NCBI GenBank assembly: GCA_963674595.2 | Contig: CAXXFV010000027.1 | Location: 32,001 to 96,000 of the forward strand | DNA length: 64,000 nucleotides | From: a bacterium | GTDB taxonomy: Bacteria > Zhuqueibacterota > Zhuqueibacteria > Residuimicrobiales > Krinioviventaceae | Direction: 5' to 3' | Shown: piece by piece, positions 34,976 to 47,457 of the stretch | Numbering within the stretch: the stretch's first letter is position 1 | How the letters are laid out: the number at the start of each line of letters is the position of its first letter | The notes under the pieces: generated by a model | The model's input: the letters and a program-made list of their open reading frames with translations, nothing else | What the model was told of the DNA's origin: nothing | Database searches by the model: none | Made by a program: the position numbers and the translations under genes

Positions 34976-35341
34976 TTATTTTGAATTAAAAACACCATTA
35001 ATTATGTCCAGCAAACTGCTTAGAGGTTTTAAAGGCTTGTTTAGAAATATCCTGGCCCCTAAATTAAGGCATTTCTCTTTTGTCGATTCTTGAATATCAG
35101 CCGATAAAACAATAACAGGTGTTTTTAAATCCTTTTCTTGAATTGTTTCCAATACTTGAAAACCATCCATTTCAGGCATTAGTAAATCCAGGACAATCAA
35201 GTCAATTTGATTTTTATTTATCGTTTCTAATACTTGATAACCATTTGCAGCTTCCAGGATGTTATAGTTGTTCTTTCGTAATAGGTCGCTCACCGCAAGT
35301 CGAGTCGTACGTGAGTCATCTGCCACAAGTATGGATTTCAT
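34976..35341 (-). CDS. Single-domain response regulator
   Basis: ILVADD, LDLLMPEMDG, LSAD, NKP; start ATG 35341 with GGAG RBS. Confidence 0.92.
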   Translation of the reverse strand: MKSILVADDSRTTRLAVSDLLRKNNYNILEAANGYQVLETINKNQIDLIVLDLLMPEMDGFQVLETIQEKDLKTPVIVLSADIQESTKEKCLNLGARIFLNKPLKPLSSLLDIINGVFNSK

Positions 35342-35571
35342 TCTGTCTCCTATTTTTATGCGTTTGAGAATATGCTTGGTAGTAGCAAAAATTTTGCCAG
35401 CGAAAATACTGTTAAACAAGCTGAAAAAATTCAAATTTTTTGTTTTTTGTGGCGTATTTTACACTATTTGTACCCATTATGTATCACAGGACGGACTTGA
35501 ATTTTACAGTTTACATTTGTATTAATTTTAATTATTTTTAATCCTATAATAAACGTGAAAGGTTTCATTCC

Positions 35572-36618
35572 ATGAGAATCATTGCTTATTTAATGCCGTT
35601 CGTTATTCTTTGCAGTTGTGTAAAAGGAGAAAAAATGAAAAATCCCTCAAATATAACCCCCAAAACGATGAATGAAATATATAATGAAATCAAAACACCA
35701 TATAAATATGGTGTCGTATTAAAAGCTAAAGAACAAAAAATGCTTGATTGTCCATCGGTATTTCGTTATAACGATAAATGGTATATGACATATATTATTT
35801 TTGACAGCAAAGGATATGAAACAGCTCTTGCGGTAAGTGATGATTTATTGAATTGGGAGCCGCTCGGAAAAATTTTATCTTACACAGAGGGAACCTGGGA
35901 TGCCTGGCAGGCAGCCGGGTATGTGGCTTTACAGGATTATCAGTGGGGAGGTTCATATACCCTGCAAAAGTATGATGAAAAATACTGGCTTTCCTATATC
36001 GGAGGTGCTTTACAGGGTTACGAAACAGACCCTCTGGCAATCGGGCTGGCATGGACAGAAGCACCAAATCATGCAAACGAATGGAACCGCATTCCAGAAA
36101 ATCCTATATTATCAGTTGATCAACCGGGTGTACGGGATTTTGAAAAAAAGACCCTTTATAAAAGCCATATTTTTCATGATCCTCAAAAACTGTTGGGGTC
36201 CGAATTTGTCATGTTTTACAATGGCAAGCAGGAAGGCGACTGGATTGAAAGAATTGGAATGGCTGTTTCCGATGATATGGTCCATTGGAAAAGGTATTTG
36301 GACCATGCCGTTATTGATAATCAGACTGGAATTTCCGGGGATCCACAAATAACAAAAATTAATGATGTTTGGGTCATGTTTTATTTTGGTCATAAATGGA
36401 AACCAAAAGCATTTGATACTTTTGCATGTTCCAGCGATCTTGTAAACTGGACAAAATGGGAAGGCCCTCATCTAGTAGAGCCATCAGAACCCTGGGATGA
36501 AAAATACGCACATAAACCCTGGGTTATTAAACATGATGGTGTTGTATACCATTATTATTGTGCTGTTGGTGATCAGGGTCGTGTTATTGCCCTGGCCACA
36601 TCTAAAGATTTGAAATAA
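35572..36618 (+). CDS. Lipoprotein five-bladed beta-propeller glycosidase (GH43/GH32/GH130-like)
   Basis: LCSC lipobox; DCPSVF, repeated A-S-DL-W blades, HKPWVIK. Confidence 0.75.
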   Translation: MRIIAYLMPFVILCSCVKGEKMKNPSNITPKTMNEIYNEIKTPYKYGVVLKAKEQKMLDCPSVFRYNDKWYMTYIIFDSKGYETALAVSDDLLNWEPLGKILSYTEGTWDAWQAAGYVALQDYQWGGSYTLQKYDEKYWLSYIGGALQGYETDPLAIGLAWTEAPNHANEWNRIPENPILSVDQPGVRDFEKKTLYKSHIFHDPQKLLGSEFVMFYNGKQEGDWIERIGMAVSDDMVHWKRYLDHAVIDNQTGISGDPQITKINDVWVMFYFGHKWKPKAFDTFACSSDLVNWTKWEGPHLVEPSEPWDEKYAHKPWVIKHDGVVYHYYCAVGDQGRVIALATSKDLK

Positions 36619-36666
36619 AAATTTATCCTTAATATCTTTGCAACCATTGAATCGGAGGATTCCCCA

Positions 36667-37857
36667 ATGTATGGAAAAATGAAAGAATATCTGCAAAATC
36701 AAATTGATGAAATTAAAAATCAGGGACTTTATAAAAACGAACGTATCATCATGGGGCCGCAAGGTGCGGAAATACGTGTTAAAAATGGTGACCAGGTGCT
36801 AAATTTTTGTGCGAATAACTATCTTGGTTTATCGGGGCATCCCGAAGTTATAAAAGCCGCCCACAAAACTCTTGATGAATGGGGTTTTGGAATGTCATCC
36901 GTACGTTTTATTTGTGGTACCCAGGATATTCATAAAACTCTGGAAGCCAAAGTCTCTCAATTTCTCGGAACAGAAGATACCATTCTATATGCGGCCTGTT
37001 TTGATGCAAACGGCGGTGTGTTTGAGCCGTTTTTAGATAATGATTGCGCTATTTTAACGGATTCATTAAATCATGCCTCTATAATCGATGGAATCAGGCT
37101 GACAAAAGCGCAGCGATTTATTTATCAGCACAATGATATGCAGGACCTGGAAGCCAAATTAAAAGAATCAGCTCACTGTAAATTTCGTATTATTGCCACA
37201 GATGGTGTCTTTTCCATGGATGGGGAAATAGCACAATTGGCGAAAATTTGTGATTTGGCTGAACAATACGACGCGATTGTCCTTGTTGACGACAGCCATG
37301 CAACCGGTTTCATCGGAAAACAGGGTAAAGGCACCCATGAATATTGTGACGTGATGGGTCGAATTGATTTAATAACAACAACTTTTGGAAAAGCGCTTGG
37401 TGGTGCGTCCGGTGGTTGTGTTTCCGGTAAAAAGGAAATGATTGAATTTTTACGTCAAAAAAGCCGTCCCTATTTGTTTTCCAACACATTGGCGCCGGTT
37501 GTGGTTGGTGTAACCATTGCTGTTCTCGACATGCTGTCTGAAACAAGCGCTCTTCGTGATAAGCTGGAGGATAATACAAAATATTTTCGTTCTGAAATTC
37601 AAAAAATGGGATTTGATGTAAAAAAAGGTGTTCATCCGATAGTTCCGATCATGTTATATGATGAAAAGTTGGCGCATTTGATGGCAGATAAACTCCTGGA
37701 AAAGGGAATATACGTTATTGGTTTTAGTTTTCCTGTTGTGCCGAGAGGTCAGGCGCGTATTCGTGTTCAAATTTCCGCAGGTCATGACAAAAGCCATATT
37801 GATAAAGCATTAAAAGCGTTTAATGAGGTAGGAAAAGAGCTGAAAATTATTTCATAA
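36667..37857 (+). CDS. kbl: Glycine C-acetyltransferase
   Basis: [47 protein letters not shown]. Confidence 0.95.
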   Translation: MYGKMKEYLQNQIDEIKNQGLYKNERIIMGPQGAEIRVKNGDQVLNFCANNYLGLSGHPEVIKAAHKTLDEWGFGMSSVRFICGTQDIHKTLEAKVSQFLGTEDTILYAACFDANGGVFEPFLDNDCAILTDSLNHASIIDGIRLTKAQRFIYQHNDMQDLEAKLKESAHCKFRIIATDGVFSMDGEIAQLAKICDLAEQYDAIVLVDDSHATGFIGKQGKGTHEYCDVMGRIDLITTTFGKALGGASGGCVSGKKEMIEFLRQKSRPYLFSNTLAPVVVGVTIAVLDMLSETSALRDKLEDNTKYFRSEIQKMGFDVKKGVHPIVPIMLYDEKLAHLMADKLLEKGIYVIGFSFPVVPRGQARIRVQISAGHDKSHIDKALKAFNEVGKELKIIS

Positions 37858-37980
37858 TTTAGATTAATTCAATTTTGTAATACAAATTATTCAATCATAT
37901 AGAAAATTCAATTATAAGGCATAAAGACAAGTTGATTGATTTTTAATAAGTTAAGTTCATTTCATCGATAAAAATAATAC

Positions 37981-37995
37981 TGGCATGGCAGTTGC
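37981..37995 (+). promoter_or_regulatory. sigma54 (-24/-12) promoter
   Basis: TGGCAT-GGCAG-TTGC, GG and GC 12 nt apart, 45 nt upstream of ATG 38040. Confidence 0.65.
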
Positions 37996-38039
37996 GTTAG
38001 TACTTGTAAAGTTGATTACTAACCAAATACGAGAGTTTT

Positions 38040-38486
38040 ATGAAAAAGTACTTGACGACCTGCTGCCTTTTGCTGGTATTATGCTCTTTTGCACATAGCG
38101 AACCGGATATATTAATACGTGTGGAAAAGAGCCAGATGTATGGCGAAATTACCGCCATAGCTGATGATTATCTGGAATTTAAAAAACAGGTATCTCCCGG
38201 CGAATATGAATGGATTAAAGTGCCAAAACAAGAGCTGTTGGCTGTAATTTCCAACAAGGGTAATATTTTATATCCACGTGATAAATATGACGAAAATGCT
38301 CTTAATTATGGACGAATAAAGGTTAAAAGCAGTCAGGATAAAAAGAAATACCTGGAAAGAAAAAAGAACAATAAACAAATACAAAGTAAACTGGAACATG
38401 GTGAAAAAAACAGATATAAAACGGCATTTATAGCTGCCGGAACGAGTTGTTTGGTTATTTGGGCAGTTATAAATAAAAATAGATAG
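38040..38486 (+). CDS. Hypothetical exported protein with C-terminal hydrophobic anchor
   Basis: Signal peptide (AHS-E), C-terminal hydrophobic helix then KNR. Confidence 0.65.
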   Translation: MKKYLTTCCLLLVLCSFAHSEPDILIRVEKSQMYGEITAIADDYLEFKKQVSPGEYEWIKVPKQELLAVISNKGNILYPRDKYDENALNYGRIKVKSSQDKKKYLERKKNNKQIQSKLEHGEKNRYKTAFIAAGTSCLVIWAVINKNR

Positions 38487-38494
38487 GGGGAAAA

Positions 38495-38842
38495 ATGATA
38501 GAATATATTTCTTCAAAACAGTTATCATTATGGAACTATACCATGCTTTCAAAAGACTTGCAAGATGATGAGGACGATTACATCCCGGGATATTATATTG
38601 TAACGGATGTGCTGGATTTACACGGTGTCAATCCGAAATTAGTTAAAGAAATGATTGAAGAGTTTATTGAAAATGCATTAATATTAGAACTTGAAGAGTT
38701 GAGAATTATCCACGGTAAGGGCAAAAGCAAATTAAAGTATCTGACCTATAAAGCTTTGGAAAATAACAAATATGTTGAATCGTTTTTTGATGCCCCTCCT
38801 GAACGCGGTGGTTGGGGAGCGACAATTGTATTATTAAAATAG
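38495..38842 (+). CDS. Stand-alone Smr/MutS2 domain protein
   Basis: LDLHG, IIHGKG, GGWGATIV; start may be 38543. Confidence 0.88.
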   Translation: MIEYISSKQLSLWNYTMLSKDLQDDEDDYIPGYYIVTDVLDLHGVNPKLVKEMIEEFIENALILELEELRIIHGKGKSKLKYLTYKALENNKYVESFFDAPPERGGWGATIVLLK

Positions 38843-38883
38843 TATTAAACGTTGTATATGGGGATATACCTTCCAGAAAAGTC

Positions 38884-38912
38884 TTGACTTTACTTCTTTA
38901 AATATTTAAAAT
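38884..38912 (+). promoter_or_regulatory. sigma70-type promoter for ispG-ftcD
   Basis: TTGACT-N17-TAAAAT. Confidence 0.55.
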
Positions 38913-38963
38913 TATACCCAATTAAAATATTTATATCATTCTAAAATATGGTACGTTATATAT

Positions 38964-40022
38964 ATGTCGTCAAAATTTAAAGTTTTTGTAGGAAGCGTAC
39001 AGATCGGAGGAAATGCTCCTGTATCTGTTCAATCAATGACAAATACAAAAACATGGGATATTCCCAAAACACTTGAGCAGATTCGAAACCTTGAAAATGT
39101 CGGTTGTGACATTATAAGATTAGCGGTTCCGGATGAAAAATCAGCCAAAGCCTTTGGAGAAATTAAAAAACAGGTTAAAACACCTCTGGTTGCTGATATC
39201 CATTTTGACTATAAATTAGCATTAATGGCAATGGACCAGGGTGCGGATAAAATCCGAATCAATCCGGGAAACATCGGCAGTAAGGAAAAAGTTAAAGAGG
39301 TAGTTAAAAAATCCGTTCATTATAATATACCGATTCGAATCGGCGTCAACTCCGGTTCCATTGAAAAAAAAATAGCACAAGAGGAGGGAGGAGCAACTGT
39401 AAGTGCCCTTGTTAAAAGCGCCTTAAATAACATTCAGTTATGTCGTGATTTAGGTGCTGAGCAGCTTGTTCTTTCTCTCAAATCTTCGGATGTTTTAAAA
39501 ACAATACAGGCTTATACTCTGGTATCCTCACAAACTGATGTGCCGCTTCATTTGGGCGTTACCGAAGCCGGAACCGTTAAATCCGGGACCATTCGATCTG
39601 CTGTTGCCCTGGGCACGCTTTTGTATAATGGAATTGGCGATACAATAAGGGTATCACTTACCGGTGATCCGGTTGATGAAGTTATTGTCGGTAAGGAGAT
39701 TTTAAAAAGTTTGGAATTGAGAACAGGGGGGATTCGAATCATCTCCTGTCCCACTTGTGGTCGCACCGAAGTTGATCTTGTAAGTATTGTAGAAGAAGTT
39801 GAAAAGAGATTATCCTTATTTCCCTTAAATATAACGGTGGCTATTATGGGTTGTGTTGTTAATGGTCCCGGTGAAGCAAAAGAAGCGGATATTGGTGTTG
39901 CCTGTGGTAAAAATAGCGGCGTCCTTTTTAAAAAAGGTCAGGTTATTAAAAAGATCAAAGAGCCTGAAATTGCCGATGTGCTTGTTAATGAAATTAAAAA
40001 CTGGTCCGGGGCAACCCTTTAA
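38964..40022 (+). CDS. ispG: 4-hydroxy-3-methylbut-2-enyl diphosphate synthase
   Basis: VQSMTNT, ADIHFD, RINPGN, HLGVTEAG, CPTCGR, GCVVNGPGE. Confidence 0.97.
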   Translation: MSSKFKVFVGSVQIGGNAPVSVQSMTNTKTWDIPKTLEQIRNLENVGCDIIRLAVPDEKSAKAFGEIKKQVKTPLVADIHFDYKLALMAMDQGADKIRINPGNIGSKEKVKEVVKKSVHYNIPIRIGVNSGSIEKKIAQEEGGATVSALVKSALNNIQLCRDLGAEQLVLSLKSSDVLKTIQAYTLVSSQTDVPLHLGVTEAGTVKSGTIRSAVALGTLLYNGIGDTIRVSLTGDPVDEVIVGKEILKSLELRTGGIRIISCPTCGRTEVDLVSIVEEVEKRLSLFPLNITVAIMGCVVNGPGEAKEADIGVACGKNSGVLFKKGQVIKKIKEPEIADVLVNEIKNWSGATL

Positions 40023-40046
40023 TAGTATTCACGAAAAGGAGCAAAT

Positions 40047-41738
40047 ATGAAAATCATCGAATGTGTTCCAAATTTTAGTGAAGGACGAAATAAAGCTGTT
40101 ATAGATAAAATTGCCGATGCCATCAGTCAAACACCAGGTGTTAAGTTACTCAATGTGGATCCTGGATATGATACAAACCGAACCGTAATGACATTTGTAG
40201 GTGAGCCGGATGCTGTTTTGGAGGGTGCGTTTCAGGGTATAAAAACAGCCGCAGAATTAATTGATATGAAAAACCATAAAGGTGAACATGCACGACTGGG
40301 TGCAACGGATGTTTGTCCCTTTATTCCTATAAGTAATACTTTAATTAAAGACTGTATCCGGTTGTCTCAAAAACTCGGAAAAAGAGTTGCCGAGGAACTA
40401 AAAATACCTGTTTATTTATATGAAGCGTCTGCATCCCGGTCTGAGAGAATAAACCTTTCTGATATTCGTTCCGGCGAATATGAAGGTTTGTCTGAGAAAA
40501 TAAAACAACCGGAATGGCTGCCGGATTTTGGTGAGCCTGTTTTCAATGCAAAATCAGGAGCAACAGTTATCGGCGCACGAAAATTTTTAATTGCCTATAA
40601 TATAAATTTGAATACATCTGATCGAAAACTGGCCCATGAAATAGCCTTAAATATTCGTGAAGCCGGACGCGCTAAAAGAGATGGCTCCGGTGCAATTATT
40701 CGTGATGAGAACGGTGTTGCCGTCAAAGAACCGGGTTTATTGAAAAACTGCAAAGCTGTCGGCTGGTATATCGATGAATATAAAAAAGCCCAGGTTTCAA
40801 TGAACTTGACGGATTTTGATGTCACGTCGGTTCATACAGCTTTTGATACAGTTGTTCAGCAAGCTGAAAAATTAGGCCTTCGGGTTACCGGAAGCGAACT
40901 TGTCGGTTTAATGCCGCTTCGCGCCATACTTGAATGCGGAGCTCATTATTATAAAAAGCAGGGAAAATCAGCCGGCCAACCGGAAGCAAAATTAATTGAA
41001 ATGGCCATTCAATCTTTGGGATTGAATGATATTTCCAAATTTAATCCTGAAGAAAAGATAATAGAATACCTTATACAATCACCGGATTATGATATTTTAA
41101 ACTCGATGCCGGTAAAAGATTTTCTCGATGAATTATCAATTGATTCACCGGCCCCCGGCGGCGGTAGTGTTGCTGCATTAACAGGAGCACTGGCAGCCTC
41201 CCTGGGCAGCATGGTTTCAAATTTATCAGTAGGCAATAAAAAATGTGCTGAACATAAGGATGTACTTGACAGCTATGCCGTCGATTTACAGCGAATAAAA
41301 AAACAACTGGCTGAGGCCATTGATAAAGACACGCAAGCCTTTAACATGATCATGGCTGCAATGAGACTGCCGAAAGAAACAGAACAACAAAAAGAATTAC
41401 GAAACAAGGCTGTGCAGGAAGCGACAATTAAAGCCATTAATGTTCCGTTAAGCGTTGCCGAAACAAGCCTCGATTGTTTAAAAATTTTACAAAAATTACC
41501 TGAAAGTGGCTTATCTGCAGCCATGAGCGATATAGCCGTTGCTGTACATTGTGCTATGACAGCTATTCATGGAGCTATTTATAATATAATAATAAATTTA
41601 CCCGGACTGGAGGACAAGGCCCGCATTCAGGAATATTTGGAAAAAGCCAAATCTATAAGAAACAATGCTGAAAAAATTAAAACAAAAACTTGCACAAACA
41701 TTGATGCTTTTCTTGAAAATAACTTAAATAATTCTTAA
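40047..41738 (+). CDS. ftcD: Bifunctional glutamate formimidoyltransferase / formiminotetrahydrofolate cyclodeaminase
   Basis: ECVPNFSEGR, HARLGATDVCPF, GARKFLIAYN; C-terminal SPAPGGGSVAA cyclodeaminase domain. Confidence 0.93.
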   Translation: MKIIECVPNFSEGRNKAVIDKIADAISQTPGVKLLNVDPGYDTNRTVMTFVGEPDAVLEGAFQGIKTAAELIDMKNHKGEHARLGATDVCPFIPISNTLIKDCIRLSQKLGKRVAEELKIPVYLYEASASRSERINLSDIRSGEYEGLSEKIKQPEWLPDFGEPVFNAKSGATVIGARKFLIAYNINLNTSDRKLAHEIALNIREAGRAKRDGSGAIIRDENGVAVKEPGLLKNCKAVGWYIDEYKKAQVSMNLTDFDVTSVHTAFDTVVQQAEKLGLRVTGSELVGLMPLRAILECGAHYYKKQGKSAGQPEAKLIEMAIQSLGLNDISKFNPEEKIIEYLIQSPDYDILNSMPVKDFLDELSIDSPAPGGGSVAALTGALAASLGSMVSNLSVGNKKCAEHKDVLDSYAVDLQRIKKQLAEAIDKDTQAFNMIMAAMRLPKETEQQKELRNKAVQEATIKAINVPLSVAETSLDCLKILQKLPESGLSAAMSDIAVAVHCAMTAIHGAIYNIIINLPGLEDKARIQEYLEKAKSIRNNAEKIKTKTCTNIDAFLENNLNNS

Positions 41739-41808
41739 ATTGTGTGTCAAAAATAAAATTCCAGGTGATAAACAATATAAATATTTCCCTGTTAGGAGGT
41801 CCTGTTTC

Positions 41809-42349
41809 ATGAAATCTGTAATAATCAAACTTTTTGTGGTTTTGTTTAGTTTAAGCTTATTTGTATCCAATGTTATGGCACAAAGAGTGGCAAAAAAAGC
41901 ATATATAAATGTTGCCGAAGAAAATATCAGGGATGTTCCCAAAGGCAAAAAACTCGGCAGTATCCTGGAAGGAACCCAACTTTATGTATTAGAAGAAAAA
42001 GATAATTGGGTCAAGGTTTCATTTACAGGCTGGATTTGGAAAGAATCTCTGGCTGAATTTAAAATCGGCACAACCAAAGGTGAATTCCATGCCTTGCATA
42101 TTCTCGTAAAAACCAGGGCAGAAGCGGAAGATATTTTAAAAAAATTAAATGCCGGTGCAAAGTTTGAGGACCTTGCTAAAGCCAAAATCCATTTCACCGA
42201 GTGCTGCAAAAGGCGGTGATTTGGGATTTTTTGACAGTGGCGATTTTGGTAGTGAAATAGAAAATGCTATCTCTGCTTTAAAAGTTGGTCAAATCAGCGG
42301 CGTTATACAAACATCACATGGATACAATATTTTTAAAAGACTAAAATAA
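41809..42349 (+). CDS. Exported SH3 + parvulin-type peptidyl-prolyl isomerase (indel near 42185)
   Basis: AGGAGG RBS, signal peptide, SH3b (NWVKV...GWIW), HILVK...FEDLAK, shifted SISPSAAKGGDLG...TSHGY. Confidence 0.8.
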
Positions 42350-42357
42350 AAATGTTC

Positions 42358-42386
42358 TTGCAATTTATAAGAATTTTTAATATAAT
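42358..42386 (+). promoter_or_regulatory. sigma70-type promoter
   Basis: TTGCAA-N17-TATAAT, 14 nt before ATG 42401. Confidence 0.55.
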
Positions 42387-42400
42387 TGGTACTTTGGCGA

Positions 42401-43082
42401 ATGAATAATATCTTGATCGCCATCCCTGTTTATAATGAAGATGAATATATTCATCATGTTCTTTCACAAATTCTTGATCAAAATTTGCCGGTTGATGTAC
42501 TTTGTTGTAGATGACGGATCAACTGATAATACTTGTCAGGTTGTAAAAAAAATTTCCAATGTTCGCATTTTAACACATTCTCAAAATGCGGGCAAAGGAA
42601 AAGCGTTATTATCAGCTATTAATTATGCGCAAAAACAAAAATTCAGATGGATTATAACAATGGATGGTGATGGTCAGCATTCACCAAAGCATTTAAAAGA
42701 TTTTATACATCTGATAGAAAAAGGCGGTGCAAATCTGATTTTGGGAAACCGAATCAGCCGAAATAGCAGCATGCCGTTTCACCGACAACTAAGCAATGGA
42801 ATTACATCCATAATTATTTCATTATTTAACGGCAGTAAAAGAATTCGTGACAGTCAGTGTGGTTATCGCGCTATTGATCTGAATTATATAAAACCATCTT
42901 TATATATTGAACCAGGATTTCAGTTTGAGTCGGAAATCCTGCTGAATTTAAGTAAAACTGATTGTAAAATAATAGAGTTGGATATTGAGACAAAATACGG
43001 TAAAGAATCCAGTTCTATTCATCTTTTTAAAGATACATTGAAATTTATACGGCTTATATTTCGTCATTTATTGCGGTTATAA
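42401..43082 (+). CDS. Family 2 glycosyltransferase, DPM-synthase-like (indel near 42500)
   Basis: Reconstructed N-terminus MNNILIAIPVYNE; VDDGSTD, NAGKG, MDGDGQH, DSQCGYR. Confidence 0.87.
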
Positions 43083-43104
43083 GTTCATCAGAAGCGGAGC
43101 AGTA

Positions 43105-43617
43105 ATGACAGGTGAAATTGCATCGTTCTTTGGAAATTTGCCAAAAGAATTAATTACAGTAATAATTGCCATGATACCGATTGCTGAATTACGTGGAGCT
43201 ATTCCATGGGCCGTTGCAAATCCACCCATAGGTGGAGGGTTGAGCTGGCAAACAGCATATATATATGCCGTAATAGGAAATTTAATTCCTGTTTTTCCTA
43301 TTTTAATATTCTTTGACAAAGCATATAACCTGCTAAATCGATTCAAATTTTTTAACCGATTGTTCGAGTGGTTATTTGCACGCACCAGGAAAAAAGGTAA
43401 ATTAATAGAACGATATGAAATAATCGGTCTTGTTCTGTTTGTTGGAATTCCGTTACCTGTAACCGGTGCATGGACAGGTGCTTTGGCCGCATTTTTATTT
43501 GGTATTTCTTTGAAAAAATCGATTCCTGCAATTACCATGGGAGTATTAATTGCCGGAGTTATAGTTACGCTTGCTTCATTAGGTGTTATAAACATCTTGC
43601 AAATATTCGTCAAATAA
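43105..43617 (+). CDS. Small multi-drug export family membrane protein (COG2426)
   Basis: [24 protein letters not shown]. Confidence 0.88.
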   Translation: MTGEIASFFGNLPKELITVIIAMIPIAELRGAIPWAVANPPIGGGLSWQTAYIYAVIGNLIPVFPILIFFDKAYNLLNRFKFFNRLFEWLFARTRKKGKLIERYEIIGLVLFVGIPLPVTGAWTGALAAFLFGISLKKSIPAITMGVLIAGVIVTLASLGVINILQIFVK

Positions 43618-43618
43618 T

Positions 43619-43692
43619 CGGGGCGTAGCGCAGCCCGGTAGCGCGCCTGCTTCGGGAGTAGGAGGCCGGAGGTTCAAATCCTCTCGCCCCGA
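43619..43692 (+). tRNA. tRNA-Pro(CGG)
   Basis: Acceptor CGGGGCG/CGCCCCG, D-arm GCGC/GCGC, anticodon arm CCTGC-TTCGGGA-GTAGG, T-loop TTCAAAT; CCA not encoded. Confidence 0.97.
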
Positions 43693-43694
43693 CT

Positions 43695-43725
43695 AAAAAG
43701 CCAATACAAATGTATTGGCTTTTTT
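43695..43725 (+). terminator. Intrinsic terminator after tRNA-Pro
   Basis: AAAAAGCCAATACA-AA-TGTATTGGCTTTTTT. Confidence 0.85.
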
Positions 43726-43825
43726 AATTAATATAAAATTCTATTTTTAACATTGCTTTTTTAAGAGTATTTAACTAATTTTTAGTGATTTATGATTCAC
43801 TTTTAAATAAAGTAAGGACCTTCTT

Positions 43826-46297
<2,472 letters not shown>

Positions 46298-46323
46298 AAT
46301 TCAATTATATTTTTTGTTAAAAG

Positions 46324-46356
46324 AAAAAGGCATCTAAATTTTTAGATGCCTTTTTT
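46324..46356. terminator. Bidirectional intrinsic terminator between leuS and convergent gene
   Basis: AAAAAGGCATCTAAA-TT-TTTAGATGCCTTTTTT. Confidence 0.85.
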
Positions 46357-46484
46357 ATTTTCATATAGATAAGAATAACAGGGAAGAACAAGTATCGAAT
46401 TAAAATTCCAACCCAATCTCCATGTTAACATAACTAATATTATGCATAAACAGGTTTATTATTCCCAATAAGCAATGGTCTGTT

Positions 46485-47444
46485 TTAGCTTAATTTGGAC
46501 TCGATTTCCTTTAAAACCTTCATAGACTCTTTTGCTATTACTTGTCCGCCTGGTGAAAAATCAAATACTTCCAGCGAAACCCATTTGTCATAATTCATAA
46601 TCTTTAAGTAACTGAAACGTCCCGACAAATTCCTCGTTAGCTTTTCCGGTACCAAGATAATTGCCGTCCATTTCCTGAACATGCACATGTAGAATATTGC
46701 CATAATATCGTTTTACAAGTGTTTCAAATGATTCGGTTTCATCTGCGGTATTGTGAAAATCAAACATCATATCAATAGCCGGATGATTAACAGCTTTTAC
46801 AATATCCATTGCTTCAGCCAATGTATTGACAACATCGGTTTGTGAATGATCCAAATGTTCGACAAGTATTTTAACATTACGCTGTTGTGCATGGTCTGCT
46901 ACAGCGGCCCAATCCGTCAGCAAAGTATTTTTTTGCTTCATCAACAGAAATTCCCAAAGTATTACGTTGTTTTGGTGAACCGAAAATCATAACCGTGCCG
47001 CCAAGATCGCCGCAAAAATCAATTAAATCATCGAGATAAGATACTGTCTTTTGTCGAATTGCAGCATCAGGCGCCGTAAAGTGTAATCCTTTTGGCGGCG
47101 GCGCCAACAACCAGTGCAGACCAACACATTCCCAGACCATGATCTTTCATAACCTGGACCATTTGACTGCGCTGGGCCTGATCAAGGTCATTTATACTTT
47201 CAGTTACCAGTGTAAATGCAGCAATTTCAATACCTTTGAAGCCTGCATCACTAACGATTTTGCATTGTTCAGCCCAGGTCAAATCTTTCATACTTTCATT
47301 ACACATCGCATATTTAAATCCGGGCCAGGTCTTTTCAGTCTTTTCTTTTTTCGAACATCCTGCAGTCATTGTTCCCAAAGCGGCCATGCTTAAAATTGAT
47401 CCTGAAGCCTTTATAAATTTTCGACGATTATATATTCCATGCAT
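46485..47444 (-). CDS. Tat lipoprotein, sugar-phosphate isomerase/epimerase TIM barrel (three indels)
   Basis: NRRKFIK...AGC; FKGIEIA; GLHWLL; FGSPKQR; VEHL; FDFHN; HVHVQE; WVSLEVF across four fragments. Confidence 0.82.
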
Positions 47445-47457
47445 GCATAAACTCCTT

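Noticed and set aside
43077-43613. Long antisense ORFs (also 9431..9991, 14286..14747, 60312..60770)
   Set aside because: Shadows of well-supported genes on the opposite strand, with no recognisable motifs
43619-43730. tRNA-Pro as integration site of an island
   Set aside because: No integrase and no duplicated tRNA 3' end seen; followed directly by a terminator and leuS
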